Of a DNA stretch of 64,000 nt, positions 44,408 to 55,350 are shown one piece after another. Where the stretch lies: the IMG/VR virus record IMGVR_UViG_3300045684_000009, positions 69,829-133,828 of that record; one strand, 5' to 3'. The translations under genes were made by a program, and so were the position numbers. Numbering within the stretch: the first letter of the stretch is position 1; the number at the start of each line of letters is the position of its first letter. The notes under the pieces were generated by a model. That model was not told the DNA's origin. It saw only the letters and a program-made list of their open reading frames with translations, and searched no databases. Origin of the DNA: a virus.

Positions 44408-45709
44408 TTACTTACCACCGTTCATTTTGGCGATAAGCTCTAATGCTCTCTCCGCACCAAATACTTTCATCAAGTCAGATGAATTACCATCACTACCTCC
44501 CATAATAACTACTTGAGGTGTAGATGCTTTGGCGATGTTTGCAGACGTTACCTCAGCAATCTTAATCTGAAGTTCCATCTTCTGCTCTGGCGTAAGTCCT
44601 GCAGCAACTAATGCTCTGTTGGCAGCAGCTTGCGCTCTACCTTCTTGCTCAATCTTATCAGCAGTATATTTAGCTTGTTCAGCTTGCTCCTTAGCAACCA
44701 ACTTAGCTTTACGTGCTTGAATGACTTCTCTTTGTTCTTCTGCCTCCTCAGTAGCCTTAACTTGTGCAATTTGTTCTCTACCTTTAACTTCGGCAGTCAT
44801 CTCTTTCTGTTGAGCTGCTACCAATTCTTGTTTAGAGTTAGCTTCATCTGCAGCAAACTTAATCTTAGTCTGTAACTTAATGTAGATTTGATTATCATAT
44901 TGAACATTATCTATAGACGCAAACGATGGTCTCATACCTATGTCGTTAATGTCCTTAATAGATTTCTTATTACGTAGTACCCTACCTAGTGAATCAACTC
45001 TAGGTTCTACCTCAATATAAGTCTTAGATGTACCGTCTGTTTGAGTTCTACTCTTAGTTTTAGTAACTAACAACACCTGCCCTAATGATAATTGATCTTG
45101 AAAGTATTCATTCAATTGTGATTGACCACCACTATAGTGATCTTCTGACGAAAGACGTTGGCAAGAATAACTAGCCGTCTGTCTTTGATACTGCATTAAT
45201 GTAGTGGTTGCTAGATTACTTATATTACCGTAAGTATTATGCAACTTCAACATGGTAGGTTCATCCAGTGGTAAATCCCACTTAACCGTATGACTCAATT
45301 GAGCAGCATCTCCTTCTGAGAATGTTCCAGGATGTTCTGCCATCCAGTAGTCTGCTTCGGGTGACCTGTGGTCTTTAGGTGAAATCTGTAACGTAACGTT
45401 GTTAGGATAAGTAGTTACCTTCGAGAAGAAACCACTGTAGTAAAATCCTGGGCTAAACTTAGTGTACAGATCACCACCAAATGTCTGCACTACTTGTCTT
45501 TCACCTGCATCATTAACAGAGAATGGATTACCCATCATTGCAACGAATGTCAAGATTAAGAACAACCATCTCATTCTGTACACTTTTGAACCTATTAAGT
45601 CGTCCAAGTGTAAGTTATTTCCATCCTTGTCGTAACCTGTAGGTATTACCTTGGACGCGAACAATAGGATGGCCAATAAAAAGAATATAATTCCTAAAAA
45701 TGTAATCAT
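44408..45709 (-). CDS. SPFH/band 7 (flotillin/prohibitin-like) membrane protein
   Basis: Two N-terminal TM segments, GER.VVQ.FGG...PG SPFH start, and a long A/E/K/Q-rich coiled coil ending GLTP. Confidence 0.8.
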   Translation of the reverse strand: MITFLGIIFFLLAILLFASKVIPTGYDKDGNNLHLDDLIGSKVYRMRWLFLILTFVAMMGNPFSVNDAGERQVVQTFGGDLYTKFSPGFYYSGFFSKVTTYPNNVTLQISPKDHRSPEADYWMAEHPGTFSEGDAAQLSHTVKWDLPLDEPTMLKLHNTYGNISNLATTTLMQYQRQTASYSCQRLSSEDHYSGGQSQLNEYFQDQLSLGQVLLVTKTKSRTQTDGTSKTYIEVEPRVDSLGRVLRNKKSIKDINDIGMRPSFASIDNVQYDNQIYIKLQTKIKFAADEANSKQELVAAQQKEMTAEVKGREQIAQVKATEEAEEQREVIQARKAKLVAKEQAEQAKYTADKIEQEGRAQAAANRALVAAGLTPEQKMELQIKIAEVTSANIAKASTPQVVIMGGSDGNSSDLMKVFGAERALELIAKMNGGK

Positions 45710-46224
45710 AAAAATTAATGTTTTTAGTTAAATAAATAAAGGACTGTTTGGGTCTTGATTTTCAATCATAGATACCGTACCTTTCCCACCCATATGGTTA
45801 GGAGATACAGACCTACCTTGTTTTCCTTTTACTATAGGTAGTTGTTTCCAACTGTCAAAACGCCACGCAATATTTCTATCTTCGTGCGGTTGTTGAAAAT
45901 GCATTCTCCCCCACGCAACAAATGGATTAAACGTGGGGGATTGAGCAATTATTAATGTCAATCTGTCGAATAAATTTAGTGTTTTAGTCATGTTTAATAT
46001 TTTTGTTTAGAGAAACTCCTCTTCAGGAATATTAAAATCATTATCATTATCAGAATCATTCTTCCAATCTTTGTACTTAGAATACACCCACTCATATATT
46101 TGAGCAAGTGTAAATAAGGAGGCTAGTAACGCGAGTAATCTATGCATGATTCTGTTTTAGCGTGAATAATGAGTAGGCTCAACTAAAGCCCACACTTGAT
46201 AATATCTTCTTCTGAACATTCTTC

Positions 46225-46596
46225 TCATTTAAGTAGTTTTTCTAATGATTTAATATCCAACTCTTTCAGTGAGGCTTCTTTCTTTTCTTGAATCAAAGAT
46301 AATATCTTTTGATTATGGGCTTTTACTCCCGATTGAGCCATCGCAGTCTCTTTCTCTTCCACCAAAGTGTTAAGAACAGCTAGTACAATGTCGAACTGTA
46401 ACTTAATGGTTTTATCCTTTGTACTCTTTTTAGACAGATAAGACTTACCTTTAGAATCATCGTATGACTTAGCTAACCCTACAGCCAATTCATCTAAATC
46501 CCCTAAAGACAAGTCCCAAAGCTGATCTAACGACAGTAAACCTTTAGTGGTTGGGAATTTTAGCTTCAACCTAGAAGCCTTCATAAAATCTGACAT
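46225..46596 (-). CDS. conserved phage hypothetical protein
   Basis: ASR.KL.FPT.KG.L..DQLWDL motif, directly downstream of the 705-aa gene. Confidence 0.6.
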   Translation of the reverse strand: MSDFMKASRLKLKFPTTKGLLSLDQLWDLSLGDLDELAVGLAKSYDDSKGKSYLSKKSTKDKTIKLQFDIVLAVLNTLVEEKETAMAQSGVKAHNQKILSLIQEKKEASLKELDIKSLEKLLK

Positions 46597-46617
46597 ATTT
46601 GTTGTTTTAAATGTTAA

Positions 46618-48735
46618 TTAAAATTTAATCTTAAGCATTCTTTTGTGAGACCCTTGTACTTTTACAAGCACTTCATCTCTTACTGTGGCGTTAAAGCCTA
46701 AACCTGATAATTGGTCACCGTTTGTAGGTTCTATCATACAAGTATTACCCAACACCTCCAATACTTTCCTATGTTTTCTTAATTCAGGTATTAAGTCTAC
46801 ATTGTGAAATGATCGTATTGACGCAGGAGTTTTACATCCTTCCAACATAAATAGATAATTCTTATTTCCTACTTCATTCTCACCCCAATGATTAGGGCTT
46901 AAACACATTAGGTTTACTTTGTGGAAGTTATTACTGTCCAAACCGTATATGTTTTTAGATGTTGAGGTGTGAGGAAGTTTGTGAGTTATATCGACCATCC
47001 TCCCGTCTTTAATATTAACTCTTGCTATTTCAGTATCTTTCATCACTGAACCTTCAACTCTATAGTTGAACGTATCGTTGTCCATCTCTATTTCGGCATT
47101 AAAACCTGTGTTTCTACCTTTGTCGTAATTCTTCACCCAAAACTTATACTCTCCATCTTTCATCTTAGATCGGTCTGACCAAGTGATATTTTCAACTCCT
47201 AATTTTGTAGGTCGAATCATATCCACATCTAGATTACCAGTCATGCTCGTTTTATCTCTACCTCTATATCTAGAGAAAGAAATGTGACTACCGTTAGGTT
47301 CTTGTGCATGTACGTCAAAGTCACATCGACTTCTTCCATCTTCATTCCAAGATATGCTACATCTTAATACTCCATCAACCTTACCCCCAGCTGCTTTGAC
47401 TGCTGTTTTAATTTCACTCTTTCCCGCCAAATTACCGTTGAACGTTTGAGAATAGTTATTTGAATAATTGAATATAGGTTTAGAACCTTGGTCAACAGAG
47501 GTTGTCAACGTCATCATGTTTGCTGCATGTTGGTTCTCTAAGAACACTTCTAATGAGGTAGCAGAAGGTAATACAGTTTCCATGAACTTATTTATAGATA
47601 TCTCTTCAACATTCTCGAACTCATTTCTACTATGTCTACTTTTCTTTGTAGTTGTCACTCCATCAAATATAGATGCAGTTTTTATAACGCCGTCTCCTGA
47701 ATTAACATGTAGAATTTCACTAATGTCTATGTCAGATAGTGTGGCGTATCTTCTATTAAAAGAACTTTCGTATCCGTTTTCATCCACATATTTCTTAGCA
47801 GCCTCAACTTGCTTCTTAGTTATAGGTGCTGATGCTTTCATGTAATTGACGGGGTCTACTCTTTTATTCCAATTCAAGCAAGCTTTATTTATATCCTCAC
47901 CTTGAGATAACTCGACACATAGAACACCTATTAGTTCATTTCTAAACTTAGCAATGTTTAAATCTCTAGACTTGACCCAACACCAATTTGGTTGATACTT
48001 TTTAGCCAACTCATCATATTCAGTTTTGAACTCAACCATAGTCTCAATTTTACTAAGTTGAGATTCAGCATTCAGTAAAGAACCTTGATTGATAAGGTCT
48101 TTAACTAAGATAAACGTGTCTAGGGATATTTCCTCCATAGCTCGTTGAAACACTTCCATGTTGGTTCGATGATGTGCCATAAGCGACTCTACAGATGACC
48201 CCGACATATCTACGAATTGTTTGGGGATATCTAAAAAGAAGTGGTCAAAGGTTCTGATTTCTCCTTCTTTCACTACACCGTACAGTTCAGCTTCATCTTT
48301 TGTATACCTTTTATGATTGTCTTTCACTCCAAGTCTGAAAACCTTTTGAGTTCTTTTACAAGCCTCGTAAGGTAGACTTTTTAACTCATCAAATGTTTCA
48401 AGAAATACATTTTCAATCTTAGAAGCTTTAATCTTCTTGGATATAGCTTTCATAGATTTAGAATACTCATCAGATGCGTCTACATCAAATAAGCTAATAA
48501 GATTTCCATCATCGTCTATAGCAACTATATTACCATATCTACGTATGAAGTTTTTACAATGATTACAATTGTGTACTGTAGATTGAGGATCTCTAAATAC
48601 AGGATCATTCTTTTTCAAGAACGATTTAAGGTACAAATCCCACACAGCTCTCCCAGTCATTGTTACTCGGAAAAGTTGTCTATCAACCATGTTCTGTTGA
48701 AAATGTTGCTGAATTAAATTATTTAATGTTTTCAT
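46618..48735 (-). CDS. large conserved phage protein with N-terminal HNCxxC motif and YfaP/DUF2135-like domain
   Basis: HNCNHC; LR.SISWN...DFDVH..EP.G..I.F...G.LDVD...VENITW pattern. Confidence 0.6.
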   Translation of the reverse strand: MKTLNNLIQQHFQQNMVDRQLFRVTMTGRAVWDLYLKSFLKKNDPVFRDPQSTVHNCNHCKNFIRRYGNIVAIDDDGNLISLFDVDASDEYSKSMKAISKKIKASKIENVFLETFDELKSLPYEACKRTQKVFRLGVKDNHKRYTKDEAELYGVVKEGEIRTFDHFFLDIPKQFVDMSGSSVESLMAHHRTNMEVFQRAMEEISLDTFILVKDLINQGSLLNAESQLSKIETMVEFKTEYDELAKKYQPNWCWVKSRDLNIAKFRNELIGVLCVELSQGEDINKACLNWNKRVDPVNYMKASAPITKKQVEAAKKYVDENGYESSFNRRYATLSDIDISEILHVNSGDGVIKTASIFDGVTTTKKSRHSRNEFENVEEISINKFMETVLPSATSLEVFLENQHAANMMTLTTSVDQGSKPIFNYSNNYSQTFNGNLAGKSEIKTAVKAAGGKVDGVLRCSISWNEDGRSRCDFDVHAQEPNGSHISFSRYRGRDKTSMTGNLDVDMIRPTKLGVENITWSDRSKMKDGEYKFWVKNYDKGRNTGFNAEIEMDNDTFNYRVEGSVMKDTEIARVNIKDGRMVDITHKLPHTSTSKNIYGLDSNNFHKVNLMCLSPNHWGENEVGNKNYLFMLEGCKTPASIRSFHNVDLIPELRKHRKVLEVLGNTCMIEPTNGDQLSGLGFNATVRDEVLVKVQGSHKRMLKIKF

Positions 48736-48772
48736 ATGATATATTAATTATAAGTTTTAATTAAAGTTGGTG

Positions 48773-49126
48773 TTATATCCTAAACACATTTACTACAAAA
48801 TAATCAGTATCACCTTGGCAAACACCCGTCATGTAGTTCTGTTTATATACCACTTTAATCTTATGACCACCCATAGTAGACAATGAGTCTATAACAGAAG
48901 GGTCAGTCACAGTAAAGTTAAACTGAGTACCTGCGGTATCACCCGTTTGTAAAGTTCCTTCCCAAGTTTTACATAGGAATCCTTTGTTAGAGAATTTAAC
49001 AAGTTCTCCTATTCGTTCTCCTTCTGAGAATCCTCCAATACTTATGAAGACTTTACTAACCATAAATGCCGACATTATTATCAATGCACTTATCACTAGT
49101 TTTGAAAATACAGTTAAACGTTTCAT
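48773..49126 (-). CDS. conserved membrane-anchored protein
   Basis: TM helix followed by SEG.R.G.LVKFS.KG..CKTWEG motif. Confidence 0.55.
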   Translation of the reverse strand: MKRLTVFSKLVISALIIMSAFMVSKVFISIGGFSEGERIGELVKFSNKGFLCKTWEGTLQTGDTAGTQFNFTVTDPSVIDSLSTMGGHKIKVVYKQNYMTGVCQGDTDYFVVNVFRI

Positions 49127-49137
49127 GTTTTATTTAT

Positions 49138-49479
49138 TTATGTGAAATAATAATTATAAGATTCGATTAAGATAACTAAGTGTAATATTTGATCTAACGC
49201 TGTCCAATTTATCATGGCTCTTTCAGTTTCACCCGAAGGTAAATACCAATCTATTACGCCGTGGGATATTACGTTTATAAGTAAGAATACACATGTGTCT
49301 GTAGCATTATTACCCATAATTAACATAGCTGCACATATTATACCAATATATGAATAAACGTCCGCAACAATATGTCCAAACAACGTCCGCACATTACTCT
49401 TCTTACTTTTAGCAGTCTCTCTAGATTGTAAAACCCAATCTCCTATGAAGTGTAAAGTTATTATAATTGAATATATCAT
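49138..49479 (-). CDS. DUF3307-like membrane protein
   Basis: HFIGDWVLQ...K...H...SH..ID...DQ.LH signature. Confidence 0.75.
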   Translation of the reverse strand: MIYSIIITLHFIGDWVLQSRETAKSKKSNVRTLFGHIVADVYSYIGIICAAMLIMGNNATDTCVFLLINVISHGVIDWYLPSGETERAMINWTALDQILHLVILIESYNYYFT

Positions 49480-49951
49480 ATTGTTTAAATTTAAACGGTT
49501 GGCTCAACAACCTTATTAGGAAATACAGCATCACCATGAAATGACAATTCGATATTGTATTTTCTAAATAGTTCAATCAACTTTTGTTCTCGTTCTTCGA
49601 TTGTAATAAAACAATCGTCGTTAATATCCATCGCTCTTTTTGATAACTCAGTATTCTCCCAAATACCTGATTCTTCGTCTTGTATTGTAAGAATATCTAT
49701 AGTTTCACCTACAACCATAGGCTCAGGAGACCCCCCAACGTTAACCCCTTCTGAGACACATATCTGACCTAAACAACACATAAATCCCTCATCGTTACAT
49801 AAAACAGTCTCACCTCTACCTACCACATTTACATTTAAAATAAATTCAGAAAGCTCAAATTCGTCTCCACCACTTCTCCATTTACTTCTGTCAATTTCGT
49901 ATGCTTTTTTCATGTTAATTTGTTTTTATATAAACCTCTGTTAGCCGAGGT

Positions 49952-50947
49952 TTAATATTGATTAATGAATGAGTTTAATTGATATATAATGTTTGTCATA
50001 TTACCATCGCAGAACTTCCATTCCTCTGTTATATCCTTAGTAGTATCCCCAGTAAATCTGAAGTTTATAGTAGGTATTTCGAGGCGTGTTTCAATCTTGC
50101 TTGCGATTCTCTGACCCGTTTGATGTTCGTTGTGGTCGGTGTCTCCTATATATATGATGTTTGGGAATCTTGACTTTAATTCATCCCACCGCAATAGTAA
50201 TTGTTTAATTGAACTTTCAGAAGGGTTATATACGCAAGGATATTTCTCTTTCAATACGTGCTTAAAGAATACCATCATATCTTTTTTACCTGAATTGATG
50301 AATAAGTATTTGGCGGACTTAGGAAGGTTTCTATAATTACCTAACTCAAATATCCCACCACTTCTCCACTTACGCTCATGCTTTTTATGCATAGGTGAGT
50401 ACATCTTCCAACCTATCCTACTTCCATAGTCATCATAATATTCAAATACGAACTTAGGTTGTTCATCTTTCTTCCACTCAATCTCAAAGTTAGAGTAACT
50501 TATAGACTCTAGTGATTTGATATCATTTATAACCATATCAGAGGTGGTCATACCTGCTTCTTTCATCCACCAATTTATCTCAGCATTTGTATAATCAATA
50601 GATGTTATAACATTGGCGGGGGATGATTTCTTAACAATAGGTTTTAAATCAGTCAAGTTATGCTCAGTTTGAATTCTACCTTTTAATATTTGTTGAATGT
50701 GGTGGTGGGTAAGACGAAGTGTTAAATCCTCCATCTCTCTCACAAATGTTATCACATTTCCCGACCTATCCAATTCATTCCTCTTACACCACAATATAGA
50801 ATCACCATCATCTGTGGGGAATAGTAAGAAACTAGGGTTGTGTTCTGTTTGGTGGGGAAAAGGACACCTGATAGAACAAGGTAAACTAAAGTCACCTATA
50901 TAGTGAGAATAAACTTGGTATTGTTGATTAAAAGATAGTTTCATCAT
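49952..50947 (-). CDS. DNA primase (crAss-like, Zn-finger plus TOPRIM)
   Basis: CPFPH..EHNPSF, GNVITFV, KMYSP...KW, SGKKD, PSES, D.D..G, KDITE. Confidence 0.75.
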   Translation of the reverse strand: MMKLSFNQQYQVYSHYIGDFSLPCSIRCPFPHQTEHNPSFLLFPTDDGDSILWCKRNELDRSGNVITFVREMEDLTLRLTHHHIQQILKGRIQTEHNLTDLKPIVKKSSPANVITSIDYTNAEINWWMKEAGMTTSDMVINDIKSLESISYSNFEIEWKKDEQPKFVFEYYDDYGSRIGWKMYSPMHKKHERKWRSGGIFELGNYRNLPKSAKYLFINSGKKDMMVFFKHVLKEKYPCVYNPSESSIKQLLLRWDELKSRFPNIIYIGDTDHNEHQTGQRIASKIETRLEIPTINFRFTGDTTKDITEEWKFCDGNMTNIIYQLNSFINQY

Positions 50948-50991
50948 TATTGTTTAATAGTGTGTTAAAAAGCATTAGTTCTTACGTTTTA

Positions 50992-51053
50992 GTGAAGGTA
51001 CAAAAAATAAGGTAAACTTGCAACTTTTTAACACACTTTAACATTTATTTAAC
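50992..51053 (-). promoter_or_regulatory. Promoter upstream of primase, homologous to the promoter at 31208-31240
   Basis: gtgaaggtacaaaaaataaggtaaacttgcaac aligns without gaps to gtaaaaatacaacaaaaaaggtatatttgcaac. Phased TTAAC repeats follow at 51028/51038/51049. Confidence 0.55.
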
Positions 51054-53479
51054 GCATATAGTATGAGTATATGGTATGTATATATTGTCGAATGAGATTG
51101 ATACTGTTTGTAGGTGACCTTGTACGGGTTTCTAACATTTGACTTGATTCACTTTCTTCATCACTTATCGTAGTTTCTTCTTCTGCGTTGGGTGATTCGG
51201 GTTCATCACTTTCACAGTTTACAACTGTCGCTTCCATAGTGGGTGTTATAATGTCGTAACTGTGTACCCAACTCCCATCATCGTAATTTGACCATTTTCT
51301 ATCATATGTTGTAAAAGATTCTTTTCGCTTACGCTCTGGCGAAATAGATTCCATCACAGTTTTCAACAAATCTTTAAGTTCTACATTGTATAGATTCCCT
51401 ATGTTTTTTAGAACTGACTCAAGTCCAAACAGGTTTAAATCCAACAACTTATATTGACCTTGTGCGAACTCTAAATAGTTATCACCACTTCCTTCAAAAT
51501 ACACTAAAGAACCATATGGTGAGTCTTCAACTTTGGTAACTATTACAACTTTACCATGAAAGTCTTCGAACAATTGCGAATAAGCATATACATCAACTAA
51601 TATTCGATCTCCTACTTTGACTAAATCGCCTTGATTTTTCTTGTTTAATTTATAATTCATATATTTTATTATTTGTTATTAGTAATACATTCGAACCTAC
51701 AAATCTTGTCTTAACTTTTCTACCATCACACACACAATTCCTAATAAAATAATTATCATAATACGGATTATAAGTTATCCAAGGTAATGTATTCAAATGT
51801 TGCTCTGAGACCTCATTAGAATCGATGTCAGAGACTTTCTCTGCGATTAGGTATGCATGTGGAGTTTTCTTAGTAGAGGCTCTTACACGCTCTCTAATGT
51901 TGTCATTTATATATATAGAAACATTGGTCAACCGTAGTTGATTACTGTGTGCGATTACCAACCATCTATTTCCAATCTGCTGTTGTATAGATAACACGAA
52001 CCCTTTTCTATTTAGATTTCTGTAAATTCTAGATAGTTTGTGTGGGTTGTATGTTCTACCTTTATATGATATCATATCCATTTTTCATAATGATTATGTA
52101 ATGCCCTTCCTAAAACATTGGCTTTATCGTATTCCATCTGTCTTTCAACATTCAACTTCTCTCGTTCTTTCATTAACTTTAAATGTCTTTTGTAGCAAAT
52201 CCGCCAAAATACTTTGTAAGATTCTCTTTTCAATGCAATACTAAGTATTACAGTGTAATCTACAATACAAGTTTTGTGAACATCATCCTCAATGTATATA
52301 AGCCTATCTCCATAATACGCTAAGAGGTCCGATTGTGGGGTTATTGTTTCCATGTTTCCTTTTTAAGTAACGCGTCAGCTTTTGCAACTATCATCTGTAC
52401 GTCTGTGTAGTCCATTATAGCTACAGCTTTTATAAAGTTGTACAACTCTTTAGAAATATCACACGTAGAGTCTTCAACGTCTAACGTTAATTTTTCAGTA
52501 GATATCCCAAATACTTCTTCTTCACTCCACACACCCGATTCTACTGCCACTTCTTGTATGTAATCCAAGAAATTAACGACCCCATCAATATCAGATGCTT
52601 CTGCTCTTGTTATCTCACAGTCAGATGTGTACTTATCCATTGCTACATTTACTAGTGAATTCTTTTGTATACGTAATAAACTCCAATCAGGTGCGGTGAT
52701 GAGAAATGTTTTCATTTTTATAATTTTAAATAATGTTTTGAATCAATTGCTTTCTTTATATGTTTGTACAGAAATCTATCAAGCATTACGTCTCCATAAT
52801 TCAATTTAATAAAGTAAATAGTAGCTTCCACCATATCGCCATATTTACCTGGGTTAGTGTAATAACCTATAGGTTGGTGAGCCGTCAATGTGCGTATTGT
52901 AAACAAAGGTTTAATGGTCGATAAGAATTTATTAGAATTAAGATAGATACGTACTAACTCTCTTTGACGTTTTGGCAGCATGTAGGTGAGATTATCTATT
53001 TTAACTTTAAGAATTTTATCTCCTCTAATTGCCCACGATTGTAAATGCTCAGGATAATTCTTCTTACACATGTTTAAAGTTAGTTTAATCAAACTGATAA
53101 TACATTCTGTCAATAGTTTGCTGCGTTGCGCCATTCTTACGTGCAAACTCTATAGCGTTCATTGAATGACCCTCCTTACCTTGCGGACATAGGTCAGCTA
53201 TTAACTCACATACCCCTCTTAAATATTCAGGGTGTACATTGTTAATGTCATCTATAAGGTTAGAGGCTATGTTTTCGATTTTAGTATAATCCATAATCAA
53301 TATATTGATATTCCATTAATCTTTAAGAAGTCGTCTGCTAATTCTTTCTTCTTAACTTCACACACCCTTTTAATATTTTGTGACACAGGATTAGATTTAG
53401 AACCTTGGCTGACCGATGTCATCAGACTCATTTTAATTATGTCTTTTCGTATCTCCTTGTAATCCATAAAATCTTTCAT
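51049..53479 (-). other. Cluster of small hypothetical genes
   Basis: Seven packed minus-strand ORFs with no recognisable motif. Confidence 0.55.
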
Positions 53480-53480
53480 A

Positions 53481-53840
53481 TTATCTTCTTATAAGTTTGT
53501 AGGTTATATCCCATTTCCCATAAACATGCGGTGGGACTAATAAATCAATTACACTACACCAACTATACCTATTGTTCATTATGTCTTGTATTTCGTAAGT
53601 ACCTTCTACCTCACAACCCCCACACCTTATGATAACCAAATCTCCATATGCAAGAGTACCATTGTAAATCATATTACGTGGTACTGCTGCTATTCTTGGT
53701 GGATTTTGGGGGTCACTTATTGTGTAACCGCTTGATGTTATACAAGGTGTCGAATCTGTTTGAGAAGACACAGCATGATAAACCGTAGCTTGTGTAAAGT
53801 GTGGCGTTTGAAATAGTAACAATATTATAAACAATATCAT
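53481..53840 (-). CDS. 3D-domain (MltA-like) cell wall-associated protein
   Basis: Signal peptide, AT.Y...QTDSTP.ITSSG, AAV.R, YG, QD.M, IDL. Confidence 0.75.
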   Translation of the reverse strand: MILFIILLLFQTPHFTQATVYHAVSSQTDSTPCITSSGYTISDPQNPPRIAAVPRNMIYNGTLAYGDLVIIRCGGCEVEGTYEIQDIMNNRYSWCSVIDLLVPPHVYGKWDITYKLIRR

Positions 53841-55348
53841 ACAACAGATGTTAAAAAGTCAAATAACTGTTTTTTATCACATTTTTCTAAAGCTGCTGTT
53901 AATTCTAGATATTTTGCTAATGATATATTGTCACCACATATTTCAAACAGACAATCTTTTGGAAGAACTTCATCCGTAATACTACATTTACTTATTTGAC
54001 TTTTATGATAAAGGTGTTCATTAAATTTCACAAGATGTTCGTGGCCTTTAGGTAGGTAAGTTTTGTCTTTTAATTGTACGCAATCTTCCTCCCATTCATA
54101 TTCATTAATGTGTTGGCACATTCTTGCGTGGTTAGTAGGAATAGGGTTACCGCTAACTGTATTAAATTCTAAGTATTCTTCGGGAACTCTTTGGTCAATT
54201 CTACCAATGTATTCGGAATTTCTGTCGTCATACCAATCACCTTCCCAATATAGGAATCGACTACCTTCGTGACATCTATATCTATGTATTAGTTTTTTAT
54301 TTGTACGTCTGTTTATAAACACACCACACCCGTCTGAGTATACGAGTGTGTCCAAATAAGGATTATAATCATGGTCAGCATTATCTAGAGTGACACATAT
54401 AGATAGTTCAATTTCGTTGATGTACCCGTTTTGCGGAGACATTACATATTCTCCATCTTCAAACGTATTATAGCGAGACCTATACCACCACTTATTCCTT
54501 CTAGCGTAATTTACAAAGGCTTCTTGAGTACCTTGAGACCCATACACTCTATCCATAAATTTAAATCCATCATCTGTAGTCCATATTAAAGCCCTACCTT
54601 CCAATAAACCTTCTTTATTTATCAACGTCAATAATTCAATTTTAGAGGGGTTGTCAACGAATATATCTAACCAATGTTGACATCTTTTATATCTCAAACA
54701 CGAGTCTTGTAAACTGTAGGTTTGTCTGGTTGAATAATTGTCTTCTAAATACCAAAATCTAACATCTTCTCCTTTTACTATTTTGAATTCGAATTGCATT
54801 TCTTGGACGATACCTAACCACTCGTTAACTCCTTGTTCTATTTCTGCATGGGTAACATCAGGAAACACATTCTTTAAAACCTTACCTACCTTGGACATCA
54901 TTCTACATGATTGGTCGTATACATCTACATCTTTAAATATACACTTCTCTAATGAGTCAAAAGTATGAAAAGATATCTTAAATGGGTCAGTAGAACAAAA
55001 GTCTAAATGTGAGTACTTAGAATCAAAAGAGTCTGTAAGTAATCTATTCAACAGTGTGGAATTACTTTTTGATATTATATTTGCCAATCTCTTACGTACC
55101 GACCAATTGAATGCGTCGCGTGTTGCCTTCTCTAATTCACCTTTAAATTGGTAGAAACCGTCCATTGCTTCTTTAATACTTGCATACCCATTAAAACAAA
55201 CATCTGTTGGACTTTTCAACCCTATTTGTAAATTGTTTAAAAACACTCTATCACGCAATGTTTCTATATATACTCTACCACCCAATGGATTATAACATAT
55301 AGTATCCTTAAGTGTATATTCTTTTAAATTCTTATGTATTATTTTCAT
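53837..55348 (-). CDS. conserved phage protein of unknown function
   Basis: K.GKV, SCLRY, RALIW...FMDRVY, PYLDT motifs plus C-terminal short Cys/aromatic repeats. Confidence 0.6.
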   Translation of the reverse strand: MKIIHKNLKEYTLKDTICYNPLGGRVYIETLRDRVFLNNLQIGLKSPTDVCFNGYASIKEAMDGFYQFKGELEKATRDAFNWSVRKRLANIISKSNSTLLNRLLTDSFDSKYSHLDFCSTDPFKISFHTFDSLEKCIFKDVDVYDQSCRMMSKVGKVLKNVFPDVTHAEIEQGVNEWLGIVQEMQFEFKIVKGEDVRFWYLEDNYSTRQTYSLQDSCLRYKRCQHWLDIFVDNPSKIELLTLINKEGLLEGRALIWTTDDGFKFMDRVYGSQGTQEAFVNYARRNKWWYRSRYNTFEDGEYVMSPQNGYINEIELSICVTLDNADHDYNPYLDTLVYSDGCGVFINRRTNKKLIHRYRCHEGSRFLYWEGDWYDDRNSEYIGRIDQRVPEEYLEFNTVSGNPIPTNHARMCQHINEYEWEEDCVQLKDKTYLPKGHEHLVKFNEHLYHKSQISKCSITDEVLPKDCLFEICGDNISLAKYLELTAALEKCDKKQLFDFLTSVV

Positions 55349-55350
55349 AA

